Shown here one piece after another: positions 12,908-26,731 of a stretch of 63,873 nt of DNA. The notes beneath the pieces were generated by a model that was not told the origin of the DNA, ran no database searches, and was given only the letters and a program-made list of their open reading frames with translations. Position numbers and translations under genes: made by a program. Origin of the DNA: Dicyema japonicum (lineage: Eukaryota > Animalia > Dicyemida); assembly GCA_011109175.1 (NCBI GenBank), contig RDEW01000044.1:163397-227269 (forward strand), read 5' to 3'. Position 1 is the stretch's first letter; every line of letters begins with the position of its first letter.

Positions 12908-13089
12908 AAGCAGTAAGAAAAAGTACTTGTTTTAAAACAAAAACAGCAGTTGTAATAAATTGGTTTTAGAAATTTAAGCTATTTTTTAAATCTATTTAAC
13001 ACAATTATTAATATAATATTAATATTTAAATTATAAATAAAAAGTACTAAAAATTTAATTTTGATCCCCGATGACGTGTTGTATTTGAC

Positions 13090-14300
13090 AGAAGGGAGCT
13101 TAACGTTTCCTATCCATTTTTGATGGACTAACATAAAGAACTATGCTTATGTGGAGATGCTGAACCAAACCCTGCACCAACTAGGATAGTTTAACTAAAT
13201 GTAATTGGAACGAAGAATGAGATGACTGAACCTCTAAACTATATGGAGTTTTAGATCTATTTGATTGTAAATTGTCGTATTCTTTCTTGTTTTACTGAAT
13301 TTGATTGCCGATCAAATATATATGTCAGATAATTGGAAATTTGTTTTATTATTTCTAATTATTATAGCTTCCATTATTATTGTCGGTTGGATATCCTACA
13401 TTCGCCACAACAGAATTGGATCTGTTATTAAAGTCAAGAAATTATGAGTTTCTATAATTATCAACATTAGAAATAATTAGAAATAATCCACGCCATAGTT
13501 AATACTGAATCACTACATCATCTTATATTTGTGCATTTAATAGACTTTCCTCAATATCTGGTGATTCAACAGGGATTCTGAGATCTAACCCCCAAAAGAA
13601 ATTCTTTAATATTCCCTCCCTGAAGTATTATTATTAATTATTTTTAGGACATTTATATGTACAGAGGGTCTCATAATAAATTAGATTTGAACAAATTTGG
13701 ATTTTTAATCGAAAAAATTATTTTTTTTAAATTAAATTATTATTTACAAATCGGAATGAAAAAATACTTTATTTATTAAATTAAACACACTATTTGTATT
13801 TTAAAACAAAATATTAAATGTAACTCCTCAAGACTCCCCAAATTAAAGTTATCTATGACAAGTTTAGATGGATATTTTCGTGCTATTACCGCTAATGAAT
13901 TCTCTTTAATAACCAAAATAGTGGACACTCTGGCTCTTAAGGAAACTAAATTGGTTATGAACTGCTGACGAGTAATTACAGTATTAATTATAGATTAATA
14001 TCAGCCAATGTTTATTACTTTTAAACTATAATATTGACATTATATCACTTTTAGCGGCAAATATAATTGTTGGAAGAATATAAGTTATGAAACATAAATA
14101 ACAAGTAATAATAAACCGTAATAATTTCATTGTACAGGATGTCTTATTAGCTAATCATTATATAGACACTTCTTGGATCTATTTGTTTTTTTATTCCACT
14201 AATATTTGATTCTCTACTTAATGTATCTTATTATTGACATAATTATCCCTCAGACCTGAAGAGTACTAGTACTGGAGTATAAACTGCATTATATTTACAC
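13090..14300 (-). pseudogene. Degenerate type-I membrane protein gene, FN3-like
   Basis: SDSVLTMAW-like strand motif, C-terminal hydrophobic ILVGAGFG...ISIVLYV, many stops. Confidence 0.35.
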
Positions 14301-14596
14301 ATTCCACCACGTTTCGAGAAAACTCAAACTCTGAAAATCTTTGTCGAGATTTTATCATCATAAAAGTAATAAAGAATTTTTTAGTAAGAAAATACAAAAT
14401 CTGGAAAATTAGAACAAAATATTTATATATTTGTTTTTAAAATGTGTAAGCTTTTTCAATTTTACATTTATTGAACCAATAAACACCGTCATATCCAAAA
14501 TGAAAAAGTTCCACTGATATAAGAAAAAATTTGATGTAAAAATTTAAAATCGTGGCAAATTAAAAAATTGACATTTTTGAGAGGATTTATCGTATT

Positions 14597-15010
14597 TTAA
14601 TTTTTCAGGAGACAATGGGATTTCCTTGTTGCATTCTGGATTAGGTATTTCTCAAAGAGTAAGGATGAAGATGGATTATAGTATATATTTACAAATTCAA
14701 AAATATCAGGGAATCTCTCTATACACTCGAACAGGATACACTGTGACATGCTGAACTGGTTACCATCACTTTTCATTTGAAATCTGATAGCTATCATATT
14801 TAACCTACGTTCGTGCGATATTATTATTAAAGCACTCTCGAGAAAACATAAAATTTCCAAAAAAATTTTAAAACACAACAGACGGATCACCACATGTTAA
14901 CAAGCTCATGAAACAATACGCCATTATAAGTAACAAACCTTTCAAGAAAATGTATGGGCCTTCTCTATCCTCAATAAGACTGAAGAGAACATAGCCGATT
15001 AATTTAATCA
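14597..15010 (-). mobile_element. CRE-like RT fragment
   Basis: CILFECIERFPDIFEFVNIYYNPSSSLL parallels CILEACKERCPYIFELVNYSYGKPSSLL in ORF 10335. Confidence 0.75.
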
Positions 15011-15334
15011 CACATTCAGATGTCAGTGAGGGCTTAAAAAGGATGATCAAGTTATCATTGAAGGCTTTAACACAAATCCTCGTCACCTCAAAACAGTCAT
15101 TTGCTCTATCGATTTACAAAAAGCCTTCGACTCTGTCTCAAGGAAAATCACAACCGGAAATTGTTTTTTTCCCCGTCAATCCCAATATAATACTTTGGCT
15201 TGTTCACTTCGTCATGGAAGAAGGGCCCGTTGATACATGGATGAAACCAAATCAGTTTCAAGAATACTACACAATTGTGTCCCACAAAGTTCCTCTTTAT
15301 AACCTGCCTTATTTAACTTATACATGTCCGATTT

Positions 15335-16288
15335 GAAACAAATACGGGCAGTCCACAAGGAGACTCTCTTTCTCCTCTACTATTCACAATTTATTTGGAA
15401 GCCGCTATGAGGGAACTTAGACCGTCATACCAAGGAAAGACGGAAGAAGTAATCTACGCGGACGATGTAGACCTAATTTCTGAAGACAAAGAGGTCCTGG
15501 AAAACCTATTAGAAAAAGCACCAGATGTACTAGGGAAATGGTTTCTTACTGTGAACAGAGAAAAAACAGAACTCACAGAGATAAGAAGGATGAGTAACGT
15601 CCTAGAAGAGAAGTGGCGACAAGTAAAGAAACTCGGTTCACTTATGGGAGATAGCGAAGATATTTTACGTAGGAAAACTCTAGCCAATGCTGCGTTATAT
15701 AAACTGAAGAATTTATGGCTCAATCAAAAAGGCATTGACACGAAAATGAGAATCCTACTATACGACTCATTCATAATACCCGTACTTTTATATAACGCTG
15801 GAACTTGGGCGACCTCATCAGCGGATATGAAAAAACTAGACTCGTTCCACAGAGGTCAGCTGAGAAAAATAACAGGAACTACTTGGCCTACGAGAATATC
15901 TAGGAATGCCCTAACCCTAACCCTAAAAAAACCAATAAGCTTATTACTTGAAGACCTATCAGCTTAGAAGTACTGGAATCCCGATGGAGGCTCTTCGGAC
16001 ACGTGCTGAGGATTGAATTAACTTCCCCACCGAACATATCTATGGAAACATACTATGTTAGTCAAGAAGGCCGCTATCGGGGAAGACCAAGAACAACACT
16101 GCCAATAGTCTTACAAAAAGACCTGGTCAGTATAAAAAAAACCTAACAAATGCCGACGACCTGGACAGCATGAGAGCCTTGGCTAGGAACAGGGGAGCAT
16201 GGAAAAGGATGACATCTAACCTTGTTTCTTTTGCTGCACATGCGGGGCTATAATTAGTATGGCTCTTGTGAAGTGCTTAAATAAATAA
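15335..16288 (+). mobile_element. 5'-truncated RTE-type insertion with intact TSD
   Basis: PQGDSLSPLLF, YADD, LGS, LYNAGTW, RWRLFGH, GRPRTTLP; (TAAA)n tail; 15-bp TSD atacatgtccgattt at 15320-15334 and 16289-16303. Confidence 0.95.
15909..15926 (-). repeat. Interstitial telomere-type repeat (TTAGGG)3
   Basis: ccctaaccctaaccctaa inside the RTE ORF, replacing expected coding sequence. Confidence 0.75.
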
Positions 16289-16959
16289 ATACATGTCCGA
16301 TTTACCACGACCCATGATAAAGACGATTTTCTCCTATCATATGCTGATACCAATTAGTCGGATCCCACGATCAAGATATCTCCAAGGCATCAGAAAATCT
16401 GGGGATCACCTTCAACACACACATGTCGTTTGCATCTCACGTCGACGAAATCTCTGGAAATGTTCAAAAAAGCAAAGGATAATCAAAACTATTTTCGGTG
16501 GCTTTGAAATTGTTGTACAAACAATTCATTGAGCCATCTGTCTGCTATTCGTGTACGTCATGGGGAATCAATCTTCCTGTACGAACAATCAAAGAATTTG
16601 GTACATTCAGGCCTTAACAGTCACTACTACTAGTAAACTCGGAAAACTAGAAAAACCAATAAGCTTATTACTTGAAGACCTTTCCGACAAAATGGAAAGG
16701 GATTTGCTACTCTTTACAGGCAGTGCAACTCTAAACAATACATAACCACGACGTGTAGTATGAGAAGGGTATACATCATCCCTCTCCAATTCCTATCCCC
16801 GAAACCACCCTGCCCGCAGAGAAGTTGTTTTGGATCCCAGAAGGCGCACGATGAGAAAATGAGAAATCTGATTGAGGCCTTCGAGATCACTTAATTAATT
16901 TAGTAATTAAATTAACTATTGGTGTTCTATGGTTAATAATGAATATATCACTTTTCTCA

Positions 16960-17530
16960 AAAGATCAGACACTCTCGATTGGGTTGAACACTCAACTATA
17001 TGTTGCTAGTCACAAGATAACATGCCCCACAAATTCTGGTTCTTCAAATACGACTTTACTTTTTGAGTGTGATAGGGCATTATCAATTACAACCACTAAT
17101 AATCCGTCCTTAGTAAGCATTCCGTTCTTAGTAAGCTTAACTGAGTCATTCTNTTGGGATGAACACTCGACTATATGTTGCTAGTCAAAAGATAACATGC
17201 CCCACAAATTCTGGTTCTTCAAATACAACCTCACTTTTTGAGTGTGATAGGGCATTATCAATTACAAACACTAATTGTCCGTTCTTAGTAAGCTTAACTG
17301 AGTCATTCTGAATCAATTCCAAGCACTCTCCATTTTAAAAATATCTCTGCCAACATTGTTATGCAAGATTCCAAACTACCGATGCATCCAGTGATATGGA
17401 TACTTGCACCTTTGGACCTAGCAGATATCAGTTCCACGACGAAACCTTCATTCTGATTGAGCAGTATGGAAATTGTGATTACTATCATGCATAAACAGAC
17501 TAGCTGTATTGTTTGATTGCCGAAAGGGAA
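16960..17530 (-). mobile_element. Tc1/IS630-like DDE transposase pseudogene
   Basis: Minus strand SKGASIHITGCI, LVFVIDNALSHS, LATYS*VFNPIESV* (DNA..H and PYSP.LNPIE motifs). Partly duplicated around n17153. Confidence 0.8.
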
Positions 17531-17794
17531 GCTTTAGTGAAATTCTTTTCGTTTCTCCTCATTATCATCATCATTTTTTTCGAAATTTGTTCTTTTAAAT
17601 TCCTTAACCAAGTTACAAGTCTCTTTCTAAATCATAAAATTTTCAAATTCAATAAAAAGTAAAAATCAATATTCAAAACAAATTGTATAGTATAACTAAA
17701 CAGATTGGGACGACAGATCCATGAAATAAAGATTTCAGCTATGTTCTGAAAATTAATGTGATATATGTTATTTATTGTTTGATCCTCATATCCT

Positions 17795-18010
17795 CAAACA
17801 ATTCATTGAGCCATCTTTCATCTATGCTAATCCCATTTCACCCACATTGCTGTCAGCAATGCCAACACCATTTGACTCCATCTCTTTAGGATTGGACGCA
17901 TCTCGCCACAAAAAAGTGTGAACCACAAGAGAGGCTCTGGTTGAGGCAGAGGCTGGAAATGACGATTATCTGATGTAAAGCTTTCGCCATTCTGTCGTCC
18001 TAGTAAACTC
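17795..18010 (+). mobile_element. Jockey/I-like RT C-terminal fragment
   Basis: caaacaattcattgagccatct shared with 16518-16539 (KQFIEPS). Confidence 0.55.
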
Positions 18011-18749
18011 ACTAATAATGATTAACAAAGTAAATTGTCTAATTATCGGATTTTGATCAAGATTTCTGGTAATAACTCTCTTTCTATTAGAATAAGATTG
18101 TGCCGTCTTCTTGTTATTTCCCATCTAAACATCAGTTTAAATATCTCCGTTATAGTCTAATGGGATGTCTTCACGGCATGCCAGTTCCACATGTTGATAG
18201 GTAGCAGAGGTGTACTCTTCATCAGAAACCTTCTTCCCGTATTTGTGTTCAATTAGCATGGTTTCGAAAGTCAACATTGGGTTCTTCCATACATCTGAAG
18301 ACCACATAATTTATCTTTTTTGCAATTAGTTTTATCTAGCGATTATTGAGTATGAGTGGTCTTGAAAAACTGAATATCTATGTGTCCTTGTTGCTTATTC
18401 TATATTTTAGACGAGAATTCCTGGGATTGTAGCCAAATGCCATATCCTTGATTTAATTGCTCGTAGAATCCCCGACTTCAAGCCAACTGCCTTTCCAGAT
18501 TTTTATGGAACTAGAAGAGCATCAGTTCACTATTGAAGTGACTGAGGAAAGTCTTTTCCTAAAAGTCTTCCTGCATGAATATAACCTCCCTTAATTTGCA
18601 GGTTTGAGAGTCGTAAGCAGTTACTGTATTTTACGCTCAAAATTATCAAATTCATGAAGTTCAATATTAATTAGTCCAATATAATAGATATATTGGGAAA
18701 TTCGTTACAGGGGTATATCTAGTTACCACTGAATCAAAAAATATAGTTA

Positions 18750-19190
18750 CTGTCGAATTGGAACTAATCCTTCAAACATCATGTTTATTCGCATCCACAA
18801 TTGTGAGATGTTCTAGGAAAATTCATGACAGTAAATTCCGTAATCGTGATGCATTCCAAGTGACCTCATGTTCGACAGGTGTTCCTTCCGCGTGGGAGAG
18901 CATGATCGTACAGGACGACTTACTGAATTTACGGGACCACATTCAAAAATCTAGTTTCACAAGGGTCTCCAAAGAAGTTGCCCGGTTTGACTTTCCCCAC
19001 ACATCCACCGCTCCGTAACTCTGAAAGCCTTCTTCCATTTCCTAGATTTTACTCATAGTTGTCAAACATATCATCCCATGAGGCACATGCAAATGATAAA
19101 CATGGCTCGATTCACTGGGATGTCGATCTTTTTCAACTTCAAGGTGTATAATGGAACTTTTGAACTAATTCAAGAAATAAAAATTATTTG
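18750..19190 (-). mobile_element. Jockey/I-like ORF2 C-terminal fragment
   Basis: Minus strand IEPC..FACASW and FRVTERWMCG, homologous to 1640-1835. Confidence 0.6.
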
Positions 19191-20542
19191 TTAGAGATCA
19201 CCAGATATCTCTAATTTACTATCTTTATGTATCATTTAATATACTATATTGATTATATTTATTATTTAACCTCGTTTTAATGATTAAGTTTATTGACAAC
19301 AATACATCACGTACAATTTTGAAATTTTACTTTTTTAATTAATTGATATAAAATTTGATATTTACTATTAATTTCATAATTAAATATGGATTGATGAGTA
19401 ACGTCGTCATTAATAATTCATTACTGCGAACTATTTTTCCCGGGAACAATGTCGTTTCCTGGAGACAAGTTCTGAAATATTGGAACGAGTCATGGTCAAG
19501 AAGTTATTTAGTTTTGTTACCTTTGGTTTTTGGAATAATTTTAATTTTTAATCACCGCGAATCCGGATTGTCTCAAAAACTTAAAAAAACAAACTGCAAA
19601 GAACAAGATGCTAAAACTAATTTCGATGTCTTTGATTAATTAGCATGATGATTTACTTCTCAAATAAAGTGAGTTCTGCCTAATCTGAGATGAGTTAAGG
19701 AAACATTCTAATCCTTCACAAAGGGCTTAATTAAAGTATTATCAAGAACTCTCGAGATCTCATAACTTATTCCTATCATTCGTTTTTTACAGTTTCTTTT
19801 AAGAATAGCCTCCATTAAAAGTACGATCACTCTCTTTTGCCAAATAATAACAACATATTTCCTGTATTTCAGACAAGGCATAAAACATTGCCAATAGACG
19901 TGATAGTTCTGGGTAAATTGTTGAAGTTTGGATTACTAAGCAGAACTCAATCCAAGAAATTTCTGTACCTAAAAAATCGATAACATATTATCGTTCTGTT
20001 ATTTTGTTATTCGACAAATCATAAAAAACTGGAAATTCTCTAATTCCGTAATAGACAATTTAATAAGTTCTTTCACAAGATTTATCTTGGAACTAATATT
20101 CACGTATAGTCAAAAGACCAGATAAAGCGACGTTTCATATAAGCACGTGATTCTCTAAGGTTCATGATTTTTTCCAGATATTGGAGGAATAGAGGGTAAG
20201 TTCGTTATAAGTTCAGAGAAATCTACAGGTGAGATGGTGGACAATAGCGGCCATAAGAATGACAAAATGCAACTCCAATTGTGTGGAAACGGAGATACAA
20301 TAATCCATCCCCACAGATACTTTGAAAATGTTCAAAGCAGTCATTATGATTTTTTACTTTTTAGGAACAATGTAAGTAAACCCATTCAAGTTTGTAACAC
20401 TTAAATACATTTTATTGCATAAAATTGCTTAATGATCAATGAATAGTGTTAGAGATTTATTGAACAACTCTGTAATATATAATTCAAATAATGACAAACT
20501 TTATTAAACATAAAAATCAAAGAAAATGGTAAGAGTGGTGCA

Positions 20543-22130
20543 ATGCGGCATCCTAAATTGAATATTTTTGTTTGTTTCTTCTGTTCCTTCTCTTTCCTTT
20601 TGTCTCTAGGGAGATTAAATCGTTGTCGTGCGTCATGTGGTTCAGCAATGATCTTAAATTATATACAAAAAGACTGCACTTTCTTTAAGTCAGTGCGGCA
20701 TCCTAAATTGAATATTTTTGTTTGTTTCTTCTGTTCCTTCTCTTTCCTTTTGTCTCTAGGGAGATTAAATCGTTGTCGTGCGTCATGTGGTTCAGCAATG
20801 ATCTTAAATTACATACAAAAAGACTGCACTTTCTTTAAGTCAGAGCATGCGAAGACTGCTAGAAGAGACCGGGATAACCTGCATTTTTTCATTCGGATAT
20901 TACGGTGGTTTTTTAGTTTAATAAATTTAATAGTCAAAAATGATCTACGCCGACATAATCGACGTTGCGTTGTCTCTCATGATTCCACATAGATCAACTG
21001 GAGGCGTCACCGAGTGTCACATGCGTCGTAGCTTTTTAGTTTAGCAAGGCGTCCTAACTGAGGCTACCATTATACAGTTTTACCAGTCCTCCCGGTATAC
21101 TTATAGGTGAGTGTTTGAATAGGGCCGTGGAGATCTTGACTTGTCTCACTATCTGAGGCTACCGTTATACAGTTTTACCAGTCTTCCCGGTATACTTATA
21201 GGTGAGTGTTTGAATAGGGTCGTGGAGATTTTGACTTGTCTCACTATTCTTCAACTTGCGAATAGTAGCTAATACCTCTTTTATGACTTTAATCTGTAAA
21301 GCAGTGGGTTTTAACAGGCTCATAATCTCGGTGAGTAAATGTCGGTGATCAAGTCCGATGTCCCTGTGCACTCGCGGTAAACACAGCAAACCGTCCATCG
21401 GGGGAAAGGCAACGGCCATTTCGAAATAGTCCTCTCCACACCTCGTTTTGTTATGGTTAGGATTCGTCGACGTCTTAACGAAGAGTGCGAGTTTTCCAAG
21501 CAAGTAAAGTCTGCAGCAGCCGTATCCTTACACTTGGTCTCTTAAGAACCAAGACGTTCATCGATACGATGTTGACCACCATTTCCACACATTCTCCAAC
21601 TTGAAGCGCAAAGTGATTCACTAAGAGCATTAAGGTTTGAAGAACCAAAACCTTTCACCATGCGGGGGATATTGCTCACATTCCAGAGGAAGAGGACGCA
21701 GGCCTTCTCTCAAGTAGTACTTCATCCGGTGCTTTTTGATACAGGGGGCATCTTTATGGCTCAGCTTGTGTCCTTCATCTCCACAGTTCACGCATTTAAA
21801 GAGACCTGTCTTTTGACAAACAGGCTTCGAATGTGATCCCGCGAAATTAAGGCACTTCTAAGTGCATAGGGAGCTGGTGTGGCCGGATCCTTGGCAGCTG
21901 TAGCATCGGATTATGTGAGTAGCTCTCAAGCCACACCGGACCTAAAGTATCCAATCATTAACTTCTCAAGGCGGATCTTCAACCAAAGCAACAAGTTACA
22001 CTTAAAGACTCTACCACTTACTTATGCAGCAAAACGACATCATCTCCATCAGATTCTATGTACGACCCGTAATCTTCTAGACGAGCGGAGTCTTCGGGCC
22101 CTAGACGGTCTCTTTTCTACGATCTGTTAG
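20543..22130 (-). mobile_element. Jockey/I-like LINE relic with ORF1 zinc knuckles and deleted ORF2
   Basis: CLNFAGSHSKPVC..CVNCGDEGHK (about 21755-21855); APE-start remnants (N.NAL, ETK); EVLATIRKLK; local duplications 20543-20850 and 21058-21250. Confidence 0.7.
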
Positions 22131-22289
22131 ATAAATGATATCTTGAGTAATTAATGAGTATTATTTGATTATTTTTTTAAATTAGAAAATAAAAAATAAA
22201 TAAATTAATTAATTGTTAAATTAGTTAATCAATATTTAATTTAACTCTCGATCGTTTCTCCCCCACTCCACTGAAGGGGATTCCGAACT

Positions 22290-22890
22290 CCAAGTAATGG
22301 ATGTTTTGCTGATTCGGACTCTGTTTTTAGAAGTGGAAACTGGATGAACTTAACTAGTTGTTTAATTTAACTTCTTTTTTCGATGTATACACTATTAATA
22401 AGTTAAATTAACTTATTTGTTTAAATGATAACGTTAGTGTGGCGTCAAATGGCAACTTGAATTGGAATTTTTTTTAATTGTTTCTTCTGTTCTTCTTCAA
22501 ACCTTTTGTCTTCAGGTGGAGTTGAATTGTTATCGTGCGTCATGTGGCTCTCCATCTCTGGTGGCGCAAGATTTAATCCTAAACTAAATCCAAAAAAACC
22601 ATTAGTCAACCATGCAGTGGAGATCTCCTTGGAAGACAATTCCTTCGTGTCCAAGCATGCGAAAATTGCTGAGGAGGTCGGGATCACGTGAATTTTTTAA
22701 TTCTAGTTATTATGGTGTTTTTTGATACAATTTATTTAATTTGCTCAAAAACATTAAAATTAATCATAATCGATCCCCGCCGACATAATTGACGTTAAGT
22801 CGCTTTTCGCGATCATGGAAGAGATCAATTGGAGAACCTTTCAGTCTCACGTGCGTCTTGGCTATTTAGTGTATCAAGTCGTCCAAATTT
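22290..22890 (-). mobile_element. Same LINE family, probable APE-RT linker (also 20820-21055, 47570-47700, 58870-59020)
   Basis: Shared DNA blocks tcgtgcgtcatgtgg, agcatgc.aag/aaa.tgct, cgccgacataat.gacgtt; SPIDL-like motif. Confidence 0.6.
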
Positions 22891-24399
22891 TTTTAGGAAC
22901 GATGCGATTCCCGCTTCAACCGCGCTCCGATAATGTTGAAGAAGCGAAAAGGTTCGACACACGTAGGAACCCATACAAAGGTTTCAATTATTTGATCAAT
23001 CGAATTTTTATCTCAAAGGACGGAATATAAGAATTAATTTTGTATTAAAAACATTCTACAGAAAACCATTAGCTTGCTCGTCAGTGTGGCAGAAATATGA
23101 TAATTCGGAAAAATAAAATCCAAATAATTTGGTTATTAACAGAATTTGACAATATCGATTATCCCTAATAATTGTTACTTTTTGTAAGCTAAAGCGACTC
23201 GCTTTTAACGTGAAAATACATGATAATATGGTTAGTTAAGTAACCATGGCTTCACAAACTTGTAGAGGCCTGCTGCTATTAAATAAGACGCTGCAAATGC
23301 AGGTCGTTGCCATAGATTGGTCACTCCTTTCATTGTTGACTAACGTTGTTATAATTCATGACGTTCAAATATGTGATTTTCTGTCAACTCTGAGAGGTAA
23401 TAAAAATGTTTGGGCTAACCTAACTCGAATATCAAATATAATTAAGATAAAAATACATAAATCACACACTGGAGATTTCTGTGAACACTGTTTTATATTT
23501 GAGCGAATCTTGTTTACACTCATGTGAAGGAATGGCTAGTTAGTCAAGGGGATATATTATGACAGATTGATTGTTTCTTAATCTAAAAAATAAACTGTCA
23601 AACATGACAAATTTACTCTCTAAAGACTCCCAACCAACAGAGAGTAAGACAGCCACTGAGGAATCTAGAGGGCTATTTAATTCTAAGTTAGTTTTTATTT
23701 TAATATGTCCACTAGGGTCTGCAAGCTTTGAGCAAGCAATGGGAGTTACCCTTTTAATCCTGTGATTAATGCACTCTTTGGATTGTGACGTTTATACTAA
23801 TATAAACAATAGATTGTTAATAGTCGAAAGTATTAGTAATCAAACAAGGATTCATTGTCAAGCACAAATTAATTTATTGACGTTCCTCCCGCATTCTTCA
23901 ACATAAACGTCGGCTAGGTTGCAGTAAGGGTCATCAAGTCATAGCAACTTTCTTCATGATCAATTAATATTTGAAAAAATAAATATTAACTTTTTGGTGA
24001 AAACATAACTAGTAAAAGGAATAGCAGTTAAGCGATGAACGGTAAAATACTCGAGAAGGCCGTATTTAGTGTAATAAAAAATGTAATTTAAAAAACCACT
24101 AAATTATATTCTCAGGGAAGGAACATTTGAAGTATCATAAACCTTGCTTCGGAGACTCATACTTGGGTCTTTAATCAGTCATTCTTCAGTAGCATACCTT
24201 TTTCAGACATAGAATCGCCATAAAGGTTTTCTTATTATCTTCAACTTTGTAGACTTTATAGAGATACCGTTTGTAATGTAAATTCCGAATGGAATTTTTG
24301 AGATTATGACAGGTTCCTGAGTTACAATAGGTTCCAGGATAATATTTTCAGAGATATTAAAACTGTATTATCTTATTAAAATCTCCTCCACAAACATTT

Positions 24400-25571
24400 G
24401 ATCAAGCAATTCATGCAGCCAAATCTATCCGAAGCTGTTTCAGTAGGGTCACATGTCACTCTCTGTCAAAAGTCTCGAAAATGTAAAGACAAATGACACT
24501 GAAATGGCATTTATAAGCACGTGCCAACTATCTCAGAATTGATGTACAATAAGTTTCACCACAAACTATTCCTGGGATAAATATGTCCACGAAGTATATC
24601 TTGATAACGTCACTCTCTCATTATGTGAATTGAAGGAATTTGACAGTCTTCCTTAAAGATATCTTGGTCTAGGATCGAACTTCTAAAAATTATGTCAGGG
24701 GGTCCACGCCATGTACCTTGTTATAACTGAAAATAGTTGGTACTTCTCTCGTAAAACAATTCTTCACCCGCCTTTCTAAATTGGTAAATCTAGTACCTTG
24801 GCATATAATTTTTTGGTGACTTCCATAAGATTGAATTTCTTTTATCAAGTTTTTGATTTCATTCAACACATCAGTCAACAAACTCCGAGTAGGCGATGGT
24901 CAGCAAATTTGTGTTAGAAACCACTTGTTACCATAAGGATATCAACGAAGATCGATGCAGATACCCATGATTGGGTAATATTTATAAGATCAGTAATCAT
25001 GTTACATTTCCTCAGTTTTTGTAAGTTAAAGCGGTAAAAATTTCCATTTTACATAACATTCGCATGATTATTTAGTAATGTATTTGTTGGATACAAGTTT
25101 GGGCATTTTGTAAATCCAACATGGCCAATAGGTGTTCTTGAGACGATACCATTGCATTTTTCGAATTGGAGGAACAGACAACTGNACCATTTGTTACCAC
25201 AAGGATATCAACGAAGATCGATGCAGACACCCATGATTGGGTCATATTTATAAGAACAGTAATCACGTTACATTTCCTCAGTTTTTGTAAGTTAAAGCAG
25301 TATAAATTTCCATATTACATAACATTTGCATGATTATTTAGTAATGTATTTGTTGGATACAAGTTTGGGCATTTTTTAAATCCAACATGGCCAATAGGTG
25401 TTCTTGAGACGATACCAATGCATTTTTCGAATTGGAGGAACAGACAACTGTCCTGAGCGATCCATTACTATTAAGTAAAAACAGAACATCATTTAGCATA
25501 GATTCTGTATGGTCATACATAAAGGAAGACTCTATATTTTTATGGTTTAAGATTATACCACATTTATTCAT
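24400..25571 (-). pseudogene. Possible decayed PWWP/PHD chromatin-protein gene
   Basis: Minus strand HWYRLKNTYWPCWI (PWWP-like), Cys/His-rich remnants near 24480-24580, many stops. Confidence 0.3.
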
Positions 25572-26099
25572 GATGTCAACTAATCAAATAATATAAATAT
25601 ATTAATTTTTTTTAAGAATTAAAAAAATAACTTAAAAATAAAAATTTATTGAAATAATTATTTAATCTGTGGTGAGCGCATATCCAAACAAATATTTGGT
25701 AACGCATTTACAATCCTGACCTCTTAATTAAACGTTTTCATCGAAACCGGCATTAAAGAAAATGTGTAAAAATGATATACAAAACACGAACACTTATGTA
25801 GTTTTACCTATTGATCCCATCGTCACAATTCCGTGGTTTCGCTTCTCGTTATAGTAACAGAGATCAACTAGGAGACCCAGGTTTTTCACGGACGTCGCTA
25901 TGGTTTCTAACTTAAGCAAAATGGCTTAGTCTAACTTCTCCATTTATACCGTTTTTAAATTTCTAAATAAAAAATATTATTAAAAATTATATAACTGAGC
26001 TATTTTGAAAAAAGAATAGAACATTCATTTTGCCCATCATGCCTTTTTCAGTTAGACAAGATTTTCAACAGTTAGACCAGATTTTATATTGATTTTTGC

Positions 26100-26731
26100 A
26101 GAAACATTTCTCACTACACAGTTAACAGCGAGTCCTCCATTAGACCTCGAGTAGCATAAGAGATTTGTCTTTTATTAGACAAACAATATAATTGTTTATA
26201 CATCTTATCAGATTTCCATTGAAAGTTGGGAGCCTTCCCACATTGTTTATGACGTCCAGAATGTTAAAATTAGGTGTTGCACAGGAACAAGTCAAAAGCC
26301 TCTAAGAAATATGCTAGATCACTGCCAGGATAGTTATCGATCATCCTTCCGTGTGGTCCAATAAAATGTTCATATTCTTTTTGTACCCAAACATTCGCAT
26401 TCCAATTTCCAGTTATAAAAAGGAATGAGAAAGACTTTAGTTGAGATACAATTTTGGCAAGTTCTTCGTAGAAAGCGTTCAATTCCTCCGCGTCTTAGAA
26501 ACGCTATTTATTGCGTACACATTCACAAAAGTGACTAGCTGTCTAGATTTCCCTCTGGGTCCAATAAGTAAATGAATGACGCTAATCAGATCATTTATAT
26601 TCCAAAATCGAATACATCATGTAAGTAAATACTTATGCACAGCGAAAACCTGTCCATAGAATTTGCAGTCTGATACGAGTAGGATTACTCTATAATTTCC
26701 AGAACGTTCGTCAAATCCTCCCATGCCCTTC
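26100..26731 (-). mobile_element. RTE-type APE fragment (partial second copy at 27951-28230)
   Basis: VNVYA, FYEEL, ITGNWNANV, DLFLCNT. Confidence 0.8.

Larger units (their letters stand above)
15030..16940 (+). mobile_element. Jockey/I-like LINE relic split by an RTE insertion (host parts 15030-15334 and 16289-16940)
   Basis: IDLQKAFDSV (about 15108) and CLFNLYMSD continue after the insertion as MSDLPRP..., LGITFN..., LYKQFIEPS. Confidence 0.8.
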
